Source: Burkholderiales bacterium
GTDB taxonomy: Bacteria > Pseudomonadota > Gammaproteobacteria > Burkholderiales > JACQAP01
Direction: 5' to 3'
Length of the DNA: 64,000 nt
NCBI GenBank assembly: GCA_046590325.1
Contig: JBKJUC010000037.1
Location: 3,457 to 67,456 of the forward strand
This document shows, in pieces, positions 1-8,308 of the stretch (position 1 is the stretch's first letter; each line of letters opens with the position of its first letter). The position numbers and the translations under genes are program-made. Under the pieces are notes generated by a model, which was given only the letters and a program-made list of their open reading frames with translations, made no database searches and had not been told where the DNA came from.

Positions 1-133
1 CGGGCTGAACATCAGGTAAAAGCACAAAAAGCCGGCCGCGAGGACTAGTATCCATGAGAAAAAAAGAGGCTCGGAGCGAAATGTAATTGCCGACATGGAT
101 CGATTCCGTTGGTCCGACGATGGGCCTTGGCAA

Positions 134-169
134 CAAAAGAAAAAAAGAGGGCGCCCTGCGGCACCCTCT
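134..169 (-). terminator. Rho-independent terminator downstream of the pilin gene
   Basis: Plus strand 146-169 agagggcgccctgcggcaccctct folds into a GC-rich stem with one mismatch and a 4-nt loop. On the minus strand it is followed by TTTTTTCTTTTG (134-145). It lies about 60 nt past the pilin stop at 229. Confidence 0.7.
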
Positions 170-228
170 TTCACTACGTCCGCGGCTAAAGAATCGCCGT
201 GGTCAACAAGAACTCCAGAGCAAAAATA

Positions 229-747
229 TTAGCTCGTGCTCTCGGAGAACGTGCCGGTACCGACAGCAGTGGCAGCACGGCAGGAACCCGGCAGGTACTT
301 GTCCATGTTCGGGGCACCACCGTCACCACCGCAATCCCAGATCGCAATCGCGGAGCCGGCGGTCGGCGCAGCGGCACGGAGGGTGTCAGCCCAGGGCTTC
401 AGGTAGACGAAGCGGCCGTTCAGCTCGGAATTGATGCCGGAACTGACCGTAACCCGGATCTCGCCCAGGTCGCTGGTCTCGATCATCTGCACGTACTTGG
501 TGATCGGCTTCGGGTCGGTGGTGCGCGACTCGCAACCCCACTGGCCGCCAGCGGGCAAGGTGGAGGAAGACTGGACGGTCTCGGTGATGCTGGTACGGCA
601 AGCCGAACCGGCCAGAATGACTTCAGACATCTTGGCACGGGCGGTGTAGTCCTGGTACGCCGGCAGCGCAACCGCGGCCAGAATACCGATGATCGCGACA
701 ACGATCATCAGTTCGATCAGGGTAAAACCCTTTTGTACGGCCTTCAT
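229..747 (-). CDS. pilA: Type IV pilin (major pilin, PilA/PilE-like)
   Basis: N-terminus [34 protein letters not shown] is the prepilin leader and N-methylation motif (Gly-1, Phe+1, Glu+5). Four Cys in the C-terminal half. ATG at 745-747 with AAGGAG 7 nt upstream. Confidence 0.92.
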   Translation of the reverse strand: MKAVQKGFTLIELMIVVAIIGILAAVALPAYQDYTARAKMSEVILAGSACRTSITETVQSSSTLPAGGQWGCESRTTDPKPITKYVQMIETSDLGEIRVTVSSGINSELNGRFVYLKPWADTLRAAAPTAGSAIAIWDCGGDGGAPNMDKYLPGSCRAATAVGTGTFSESTS

Positions 748-813
748 GGAATTGCTCCTTAACTGGTTGGATGATCAAACACACCTGTTTTCCGTGTGTT
801 CGGTGTCCATATC

Positions 814-828
814 GCAAACCCTGTGCCA
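814..828 (-). promoter_or_regulatory. Sigma54 (RpoN) -24/-12 promoter for the pilin gene
   Basis: Minus strand reads TGGCACAGGGTTTGC, an exact TGGCAC-N5-TTGC with GG-N10-GC spacing. It ends 66 nt upstream of the pilin ATG. Type IVa pilin genes are classically RpoN/PilR dependent. Confidence 0.7.
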
Positions 829-1034
829 ACAGTTCCGCAAGTTTAAAAACAGGGGTCAGAAATCGCGAAATGCCATAAAAACTCGCCTGATATCAGACCC
901 ATGTGCAAGGTTCTTAAATACCCGAGCATCCGGCAAAGTGCGTGCGCCACAGGATTTCCGGGGTTTTGTCCGGCGTCTGCCCAAACGATTTTCCGATGCC
1001 GCTTCAAGCAACTGTCAGGAACTGACGCAGTTTG

Positions 1035-2672
1035 TCACTGCGGCTGAAACCCCGGAATGGCGGCCTCGTCGACGACGTCGATCTGTTCCGGATCCAGGAA
1101 CTGTTCCGCATATCGGAGATAAACCTTCTCCCGGACGAATACGTTGAACAGGTCGGGATCGACATGGCCGTTGAGCTTGAATCTACCCAGGATGTTCAGA
1201 GATTCGGTGAGGGTCTTGCCTTTCTTGTACGGACGATCCCTGGCGGTTAAGGCCTCGAAAATGTCGGCGATGCCCATGACGCGGGCCTGGACAGACATCT
1301 GCTCGCGCATAAGCCCCCGGGGATAGCCCTTGCCGTCCATGCGCTCATGGTGGCCGCCGGCATACTCAGGAACGTTCTTGAGGTGTCGGGGCCAGGGCAG
1401 CGACTCCAGCATCTTGATCGTGACCTCGATGTGGTGATTGATGGTGTGGCGCTCTTCAGGCGTCAGCGTCCCAGAGCGGATGGTCAGGTTCCTGGCCTCT
1501 TCGTCGGTCAAAAAATCAACGCCGTTGCCATCCACGTCCCGCCAGCGATAGTTCCGCGAGATCTCGCGCACGCGCTCCTGGTCGTCGTCGCGCATCGCTT
1601 CAGACCCGAAGTTGCAAAAGCGCAGGAACTGGCGGTCCTCGTTGATCTTGCGCAGCCGCACGGTGAGGTCACGATCGGCGTTCTGCCACTCGCCATTGGC
1701 ATTCGAGGGTGCCGCCAGCTTCTCTTTCATCGCCGCTATTTCCGCGTCGCGCTTGATCACTTCGAAGCGCGTATCCACCAGCCCGATGCGGTCGAAAATG
1801 GTCTGCAGCTTGGTAGCCTTGTCGACGACGTGCACCGGCGTCGTGACTTTGCCGCAATCGTGCAGAAGTCCGGCGATCTTCAGTTCGTAGCGATCCTTCT
1901 CGCTCATGGTGAAATCCGCCAGCGGGCCCTGCTTCGTGGCGTTCACCGCCTCCGCCAGCATCATTGTGAGGGTCGGCACTCGCTGACAGTGTCCGCCGGT
2001 ATAGGGCGACTTGTCGTCGATCGCGGCGTTGATCAGGCTGATGAACGATTCGAACAGGCCTTCCAGCTGGTTGATGAGCTGCCGGTTCGTCAGGGCAACT
2101 GCCGCCTGCGACGCCAGCGACTCGGCCAGATGCTGGTCGGCCTCCGAGAAGGGCACGATGCCCCCGCTGACGCGATCCTTGGCGTTGATCAGCTGCAACA
2201 CCCCGATAATCTCGTCCTCATGGTTCTTCATCGGCACCGTCAGGAAAGACTTCGACCGGTAATTGGTCTTCCTGTCGAAGTTCTTGGTGCCGGTAAAGTC
2301 GAACCCCTTCTCCGTGTAGGCGTCGGCAATATTTACGGTCTCGTCACGCAGTACCGAATACGCCACCACCATGGAATTGTTGGCCCGGCCTTCGTCATCG
2401 AACAGGCGCACCGGATAGAACGGCACGGTAACCCCGGTCGTTCCGCCCATCGCGACGTTCAGGGAATCGGTGCGCAGGATCTCGAAGTAAACGAGCTTCC
2501 TGTCGTTGTCCACGCGGTAGAGGGTGCCGCCATCAGCATTGGTGATTTTCTTGGCGGCTACCAGGATTGCCTCGAGCAGGCGATTGGTGTCCTTTTCCTG
2601 GGAAAGGGAGATTCCGATGCCGTTCAGCTCTTCCAGGCGGCGGAACATTTCCGCCGTGCTCGATTCGCTCAT
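1035..2672 (-). CDS. GAF domain-containing HD-GYP protein (putative c-di-GMP phosphodiesterase)
   Basis: N-terminal GAF-like region (about 200 aa, ...IGVLQLINAKDRVSG...). HD motif LLHDCGKVTTP. C-terminal GGHHERMDGKGYPRGL (HHExxDGxGYP). ATG at 2670-2672, 34 nt after the upstream ATPase stop. Confidence 0.85.
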   Translation of the reverse strand: MSESSTAEMFRRLEELNGIGISLSQEKDTNRLLEAILVAAKKITNADGGTLYRVDNDRKLVYFEILRTDSLNVAMGGTTGVTVPFYPVRLFDDEGRANNSMVVAYSVLRDETVNIADAYTEKGFDFTGTKNFDRKTNYRSKSFLTVPMKNHEDEIIGVLQLINAKDRVSGGIVPFSEADQHLAESLASQAAVALTNRQLINQLEGLFESFISLINAAIDDKSPYTGGHCQRVPTLTMMLAEAVNATKQGPLADFTMSEKDRYELKIAGLLHDCGKVTTPVHVVDKATKLQTIFDRIGLVDTRFEVIKRDAEIAAMKEKLAAPSNANGEWQNADRDLTVRLRKINEDRQFLRFCNFGSEAMRDDDQERVREISRNYRWRDVDGNGVDFLTDEEARNLTIRSGTLTPEERHTINHHIEVTIKMLESLPWPRHLKNVPEYAGGHHERMDGKGYPRGLMREQMSVQARVMGIADIFEALTARDRPYKKGKTLTESLNILGRFKLNGHVDPDLFNVFVREKVYLRYAEQFLDPEQIDVVDEAAIPGFQPQ

Positions 2673-2706
2673 GGAGAGTGTGTTGCGGTTTTGCCCGGGG
2701 AGACCG

Positions 2707-5103
2707 CTACTTGATGCACACGGCGCGCACCTGGAGCATGTCGGTCACGCCCATAAGGACCTTCTCGATACCGTCCTGCTTGAGCGTGCGCATGCCCTCG
2801 GCCAGCGCCGTGGCGAAAATCTCCGCAACCCGCGCGTGTTCCTGGATGTGTTTTTTCACCGTGTCGGTCCCGACCAGCAGTTCATGCAAACCGACCCGGC
2901 CCTTGTAGCCGCTGCCGCCGCAGGTATCACATCCCACGGGGGTGTATACGGTGAATTGCCCCTTGTCGTCCGCGAACAGCTTGCTCCAATCGCGGTAGAC
3001 GCCTTCGTACGCCGCTTTCGGATCGCGTTTCCAGGCGTCGGTGGCCTTCAGCTCGACGCAGTATTCCTCGAGCATGCTTCTGAGTTCTTCCTGGGTGGCG
3101 GTATGCGGCGACTTGCACTTGGAGCACAGGCGCTTGGCCAGGCGTTGAGCCAGAATGCCGAGCAGCGCATCGGCGAAATTGAACGGATCCATGCCCATGT
3201 CCAGCAGGCGGATGATCGACTCCGGCGCGCTGTTGGTGTGCAGCGTTGCGAACACCAGATGGCCCGTGAGCGAGGCCTCGATACCGGTCGAGGTCGTTTC
3301 CTTGTCGCGCATTTCGCCGACCATGATGATGTCCGGATCGGCGCGCAAGAAGGCTCTCATCGCCACGGCGAACGTAAGGCCTGCCTTCGGGTTCATCTGC
3401 ACCTGGCGCAGGCCCTTTTGCGTGATTTCAACCGGGTCCTCCGCCGTCCAGATCTTGGTATCCGGCGTATTCAGGAAACCCAGGACGGAATGCAGCGTGG
3501 TCGTCTTGCCCGAACCCGTTGGGCCGCATACGAAAAACAATCCGTAGGGCTTGGTCACCGTTTCCTTGAGCGTGCCGAGATTGCGTTGCGACAATCCGAG
3601 CTTGTCCAGCGGGATCGGTTCACCGGCCGCGAGGATACGCATGACGATGTCTTCGACCCCGCCCGCCGAGGGTATGGTTGCCACCCGCAATTCGATGTCG
3701 AGCGGCCCGAATTTCCTGAACTTGATCTTGCCGTCCTGCGGTTTACGCTTTTCGGAAATATCCAGGTCGCACATGATCTTCAGGCGTGCGGCGATGGCGT
3801 TGCGGTAGCTCGCCGGAACCGAAATATAAGGCTGCAGGGTGCCATCCCTGCGGAAGCGGATTTCCGTTTTGCCCTTGCCGGGATAGGGTTCGATGTGGAT
3901 GTCCGACGCGCCCTGATTGTAGGCGTCGATGATCACTTTGTTAACCAACTTGACCAGCTCATTGTCCTGGGCGAGCGAAACATCATCGGTGCTCCCGTCC
4001 TCGCCGATTTCCTCGTCGTCCATCCCGGACAACAGGTCGCTGATGTTGCCGGAATCCCCGCCGCCGGTGCCGGCACCAAACAGCTGGTCCAGCGTGGCGC
4101 CGAACTCGCGCCGGGTGCAAACCTTGTAGACGATCTTGTGCTTGGGGAAGATGTTGGTGACCACCTTCGACGCCCGCACTTTTTCCGGGTCCGTGGTGAG
4201 CACGATCAGGCCCTCCTTCACGTCTTCCACAGGCACCCAGGAGCTGCTCTCGACGAAATCCCGCTTGAGGTTCTTAAGCAGGTCGAGTGGTTTTACGCGA
4301 TCCTGCCTGAAAGGCTCGTAGGGAACCTTGAAGAACTGCGACAGTGCCTCGCCGATCGCGGGCGCCTTGACCTGAAACTCGTCGATCAGCACTTCCTCGA
4401 TATCGAGGTTCTTGCGCCTGGCGGAGCGAGTCGCAAGGTCCATCTCCTCAGCCGACAGCACGGCATCGGTAACCAGATAGTCGTACTTTCCGCGCAGCAT
4501 CGTCGCCGGACGGCTGCGCTGCTTGAGCGCAATGGCCAGGGTTTCGCTGAGGTGCGACGCGCCCTCTTCGGCGACCGTCGAGAACGGGTGCCCGCTCTTG
4601 GCGTTGATCACCTGCACGACGCCGATCAGTTCGCCGTTGGGACCGCCGTCGATCACCGGAGCCACCAGCATCTGCTTGGTGCGATAGCCGGTACGCCGGT
4701 CCACTTCCTTGAGGAACTTCAGGTTCGGAGTGTGGCTCCGCAGCTCCGCGTCGTCATAGACGTCGCGGATGTTGATCAGCTTTCTGGACAGCGCGACAAA
4801 GCCGGCAATGCTTTGCTCGTTGATTGGTAGCTTCAGGTCCTTGAAGGAGGACAGGCCGGTTTTGACCTTCGAAATGATCGAAGTCCTGTCGTCGGACGAA
4901 ACGTAGATGGTGAGGCGATCGGCATCGAACAGAGAGCAGATATCCTGCGACAGCTCCAGCATGATCTCGTCGATGTTGCTGGTGGCGTGGACTTTGTTCG
5001 TCACCGCCTGGAGTTTCTTCTGAAACTCCAGCTTGTTGCTCATCTCGGCCAGGTTTTGCCCGGCTTGTGGCTTCGTCTCAAAGACTGTGCTCATGGCGTG
5101 CAT
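2707..5103 (-). CDS. GAF-fused type II secretion / type IV pilus assembly ATPase (GspE/PilB family)
   Basis: 798 aa. N-terminal GAF-like region (...LIGVVQVINAKSGHPF...), then a T2SSE_N-like region. Walker A is GPTGSGKTTTL, Walker B/Asp box is DPDIIMVGEMRD, His box is TGHLVFATLHTN. Tetra-Cys motif CSKC...CDTCGGSGYKGR. ATG at 5101-5103 preceded by GGAAGG. Confidence 0.9.
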   Translation of the reverse strand: MHAMSTVFETKPQAGQNLAEMSNKLEFQKKLQAVTNKVHATSNIDEIMLELSQDICSLFDADRLTIYVSSDDRTSIISKVKTGLSSFKDLKLPINEQSIAGFVALSRKLINIRDVYDDAELRSHTPNLKFLKEVDRRTGYRTKQMLVAPVIDGGPNGELIGVVQVINAKSGHPFSTVAEEGASHLSETLAIALKQRSRPATMLRGKYDYLVTDAVLSAEEMDLATRSARRKNLDIEEVLIDEFQVKAPAIGEALSQFFKVPYEPFRQDRVKPLDLLKNLKRDFVESSSWVPVEDVKEGLIVLTTDPEKVRASKVVTNIFPKHKIVYKVCTRREFGATLDQLFGAGTGGGDSGNISDLLSGMDDEEIGEDGSTDDVSLAQDNELVKLVNKVIIDAYNQGASDIHIEPYPGKGKTEIRFRRDGTLQPYISVPASYRNAIAARLKIMCDLDISEKRKPQDGKIKFRKFGPLDIELRVATIPSAGGVEDIVMRILAAGEPIPLDKLGLSQRNLGTLKETVTKPYGLFFVCGPTGSGKTTTLHSVLGFLNTPDTKIWTAEDPVEITQKGLRQVQMNPKAGLTFAVAMRAFLRADPDIIMVGEMRDKETTSTGIEASLTGHLVFATLHTNSAPESIIRLLDMGMDPFNFADALLGILAQRLAKRLCSKCKSPHTATQEELRSMLEEYCVELKATDAWKRDPKAAYEGVYRDWSKLFADDKGQFTVYTPVGCDTCGGSGYKGRVGLHELLVGTDTVKKHIQEHARVAEIFATALAEGMRTLKQDGIEKVLMGVTDMLQVRAVCIK

Positions 5104-5183
5104 CCTTCCATCATGACCGGGGCCACTGCGGGGATACTACCCCAGCGTCGACCCGGCGGCTAACATCGGTCGTTGTTGCCGCG

Positions 5184-5948
5184 CTAGAACTTGAATACCT
5201 GGCCGTTGGACAGCATCCGCGGGTTGTAGCTCTCCGCGCATTCCTCGACTTCCTGCATGGTGAGCGTTCCGGCGCCGGGCTTCAGATGCGTAACGAACAC
5301 GCGCGTGCTGCGCTTGAGTTTCGACAACTCTTCTGCAAGCATGCTCGGACAGAGATGCTTGGAGGCAATCGCCAGTTCCTTCTCCATGTTCGGGAAGGCG
5401 GTTTCAATGATCAGATAACGCAGATTCTCGATCTTGTTGACCTCGGTCCACAAGGCATCGTTGGCCGTCGTATCCCCTGTGAAGACCAGGCTTGACTCCC
5501 CGCTGTCAAGCTGGAAACCGACGGCCGGAACGACGTGATTGGCGGGCAGCACGGTGATGCGCCTGCCATCGAGGACCTTGGTTTGCCCGATCTCGAGTGT
5601 GGAGTAACGCATGCAGGGCGCCGCCTTGCTGGGTATCTCTGTGAAATCCGGCCACACCTTCCAGTTGAAAATGTGGTCCTGCAGGATCCTGCGTGTCGCT
5701 TCCGTGCAATAGACGGTGATCGGCGTGTCCCGCATCGGCCCCACGGTATCCACCAGGAACGGCAGCGAAGTAATGTGGTCGAGGTGCGAGTGCGTAAGGA
5801 AAACATGGTCGATCTTCAGCAGATCGGTCAACGTCAGATCGCCGACGCCCGTTCCGGCATCGATGAGCATGTCGTTGTCGACCAGCATCGACGTGGTGCG
5901 CAGGTTGCCGCCAATGCCGCCGCTGCATCCGAGTATTCTGATCTGCAT
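5184..5948 (-). CDS. Class II 3',5'-cyclic-nucleotide phosphodiesterase (metallo-beta-lactamase fold, CpdP-like)
   Basis: MQIRILGCSGGIGG... and HSHLDH metal motif, 254 aa. This architecture is typical of class II cAMP/cGMP phosphodiesterases. The start is 2 nt after the cyclase stop. Confidence 0.75.
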   Translation of the reverse strand: MQIRILGCSGGIGGNLRTTSMLVDNDMLIDAGTGVGDLTLTDLLKIDHVFLTHSHLDHITSLPFLVDTVGPMRDTPITVYCTEATRRILQDHIFNWKVWPDFTEIPSKAAPCMRYSTLEIGQTKVLDGRRITVLPANHVVPAVGFQLDSGESSLVFTGDTTANDALWTEVNKIENLRYLIIETAFPNMEKELAIASKHLCPSMLAEELSKLKRSTRVFVTHLKPGAGTLTMQEVEECAESYNPRMLSNGQVFKF

Positions 5949-5950
5949 AA

Positions 5951-8179
5951 CTATTTGGTATCAAACCTCCACGAGCCGTCCCAGCCGTCTTCCGGTGGAT
6001 TAGCGCGAAAATGCACTATGCGCTCGAGGAAAAGTTTGTAAAGTCCGCTGTTCGCATTGATCTTGAGCAGGTTGAGCAGTTGCAATTCTGCCATATCCCA
6101 GTCCCTCAACCGGTACAGCTTGAGGGCCTGCCCCCACAGTTTCATTTCGTCCTGAACCGGCTTTCCGACCTCCCCGGCCACCCCAATCGGCTCAAAAATG
6201 GCCACGGGCGCGTCCTTGCCCTTCACTTTGACCCGGTCGAGCTCGCGGAACGCCACGTCGGGGACCTGAATGCGGGTCGATTCCCCCACGATCATGCCGA
6301 CCCCATACTGCTTGGTGATCCCTTCCAGCCGGGAGGCCAGGTTCACGGCATCGCCCATCACGGTGTACGCAAGCCGGATTTCCGACCCCATGTTGCCCAC
6401 ATTCATGCGGCCGCTGTTGACACCCACGCCGATGTGTATCGGCGGCCAGCCTTTATCCTTGAAATGCGGTTGCAGCGATTCCAGGGCCTTGTGCATCTCC
6501 AGGCCCGCGAGCAGCGCATTGCGGGCATTCTGCGGGTCGCTCAGGGGCGCGCCCCAGAAGGCCATGATGCAATCGCCCATGTACTTGTCGATGGTGCCAC
6601 GGTGCTTGTAGATGATGCGGCTCAGCGGCGTGAGGAACTCGTTCATGAGTTTGGAGAGCTCCTTCGGATCCAGCCCTTCGGAGATCGTGGTGAATCCCCG
6701 AACGTCGGTGAACAGCACCGTCAGTTCCCGGCTTTCGCCTTCCATCGAGAACGCCTCTGGATCCTTGCTCATCTCGTCCACCAGTTCGGGCGGAACGTAC
6801 TGGCCGAACAATCCGCTGATCTGGCGCTTGGCGCGCGATTCGACAAAGAATCCGTAGGACATGTTCAGGGCGAACAGCATCGCGATCATCAGCAGCCCGG
6901 ATGCCAGTGGCAGGATCAGGTTGCCTTCCGTCCAGACCATGACATTGGTTGCGAACACCACTACCAGCACGACCCCGGTAAGGACGGTGGAGCGCAGCGG
7001 ACTGATGATCGGCAGCAACAGTGCCATGACAACGCCGGAGAACAACAGGAGCATGACCTCCGCGCCGAGCACATAGGGCGGGCGCTGCTTGATGTTTCCG
7101 TCCAGCATGCCGGCAATCAGATTGGCATGGATCTCGACTCCGGGATAGACGTTCGCGACTGGCGTTGCCCGCAGGTCGAACAAGCCTGGGGCGGTAGTTC
7201 CTACTAGGACGATCTTGTTTTTAAGTTCCTCGACCGGAGTGGCTCCGTGCAGTACGTCCGTCGCGGAAATGTACTTGAAGCTGCCCTGCCTGCCGCGATA
7301 GGGTACCAGCGTGGTAACGAGGTCGTCGACCGGTACGCGAACGTCGCCGATTTCTATCCATTCCAGGCCTGGATAATCCTTCGACCAGAGCTTGCCCTCC
7401 GGGAATCCCGGCACGACTCTTGGTGAACCCAATCCGAGGCGGATCACCGCCATCGACAGGGATTCGAAATAGGCGCCGTCGTACTCGGCGATCATCGGCA
7501 CCCGCCGCGTGACGCCATCCTCATCGGGGTAGGGATTGAAGTGGCCGCCGCTCGCAGCCGCCTTCTGGAACTCGGGCAGGTTCGCGCCGAAGCCCAGCCA
7601 GCGCGTAAACGTAACATTCCTTCCCTTAAAGGTTCCGGACGGCAGGACAGGTTCCGGCAGCAGGCCGTTGGTCCGGCCCTTGCCATCGTCCGACTGAAGG
7701 CTGGAAAAATAGTAGCCGAGTACCACGGCGCGATTCTTCAGCTTTTCCGCGAATAAGCGGTCGTATTCGAGTTGCGGACCGACTTCCTTAAGCACCGCCT
7801 GAAATTGCGGGTTACCTTTCAGTTCGTTCTGTCCCAATTGCTGCAACATCCCGAGACCGGAACTTTCGTCACGCTCCGCGAATACCACATCGAAGCCCAC
7901 GATACCGACGTGATAGTGGTCGAACAACTGGTCCAGCATCGTCCCCAGCTTGTCGCGGCGCCACGGCCAGCGGCCTTCGACGGCCAGGCTCTTCTCGTCG
8001 ATGTCGATGATGACAATGCGGGGATCGACGGTATTCGCCATCGTCAGGCGCAGGCGCGCGTCATAGACGATGTTCTCGAAACGCTTGATGAATGGGATGT
8101 CGTAGTACTGCGCGGCGTGCCCGACAAAGACCAGAACGACAACGAGCCCGAGCGCGATACGCACCAGGTGCTTTTTCAA
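5951..8179 (-). CDS. CHASE2 sensor domain-containing class III adenylate/guanylate cyclase
   Basis: N-terminal TM segment, then a CHASE2-like periplasmic region (IIDIDEKSLAVEGRWPWRRD) and a hydrophobic TM block. Cyclase core is LTVLFTDVRGFTTISE...DKYMGDCIMAFWGAP...YTVMGDAVNLASRLE. TTG start at 8179 preceded by AAGGGGGG; a GTG at 8164 is the alternative. Confidence 0.85.
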   Translation of the reverse strand: MKKHLVRIALGLVVVLVFVGHAAQYYDIPFIKRFENIVYDARLRLTMANTVDPRIVIIDIDEKSLAVEGRWPWRRDKLGTMLDQLFDHYHVGIVGFDVVFAERDESSGLGMLQQLGQNELKGNPQFQAVLKEVGPQLEYDRLFAEKLKNRAVVLGYYFSSLQSDDGKGRTNGLLPEPVLPSGTFKGRNVTFTRWLGFGANLPEFQKAAASGGHFNPYPDEDGVTRRVPMIAEYDGAYFESLSMAVIRLGLGSPRVVPGFPEGKLWSKDYPGLEWIEIGDVRVPVDDLVTTLVPYRGRQGSFKYISATDVLHGATPVEELKNKIVLVGTTAPGLFDLRATPVANVYPGVEIHANLIAGMLDGNIKQRPPYVLGAEVMLLLFSGVVMALLLPIISPLRSTVLTGVVLVVVFATNVMVWTEGNLILPLASGLLMIAMLFALNMSYGFFVESRAKRQISGLFGQYVPPELVDEMSKDPEAFSMEGESRELTVLFTDVRGFTTISEGLDPKELSKLMNEFLTPLSRIIYKHRGTIDKYMGDCIMAFWGAPLSDPQNARNALLAGLEMHKALESLQPHFKDKGWPPIHIGVGVNSGRMNVGNMGSEIRLAYTVMGDAVNLASRLEGITKQYGVGMIVGESTRIQVPDVAFRELDRVKVKGKDAPVAIFEPIGVAGEVGKPVQDEMKLWGQALKLYRLRDWDMAELQLLNLLKINANSGLYKLFLERIVHFRANPPEDGWDGSWRFDTK

Positions 8180-8308
8180 ACGCCCCCCTTTGCAATAGTG
8201 CGTGCCCGGCTCACCGCTTCAAACTCACGAGCCTGGGCCGGCGGTTCTTTTGGTAATCGAGCCGGACGGCTTCCGCAACTCCGCCCGTAACGCCCGCGAG
8301 GCAAAGGC

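Noticed and set aside
2524-4830. A 768-aa plus-strand ORF antisense to the GAF-ATPase gene. Similar long antisense ORFs occur at 1347-2714, 6011-7207, 20898-22508, 30621-32111, 56996-58198 and 61984-63126.
   Set aside because: The translations are Arg/Ala/Leu/His/Gly-rich with no recognisable motifs. Each lies opposite a gene with unambiguous family signatures. These are typical open antisense frames in GC-rich DNA.
8191-8207. A sigma54-like element, GGCAC-N-TTGCA, on the minus strand just upstream of the CHASE2-cyclase start.
   Set aside because: GG-to-GC spacing is 11 nt instead of 10. The element ends only about 11 nt before the start codon and overlaps the RBS region.
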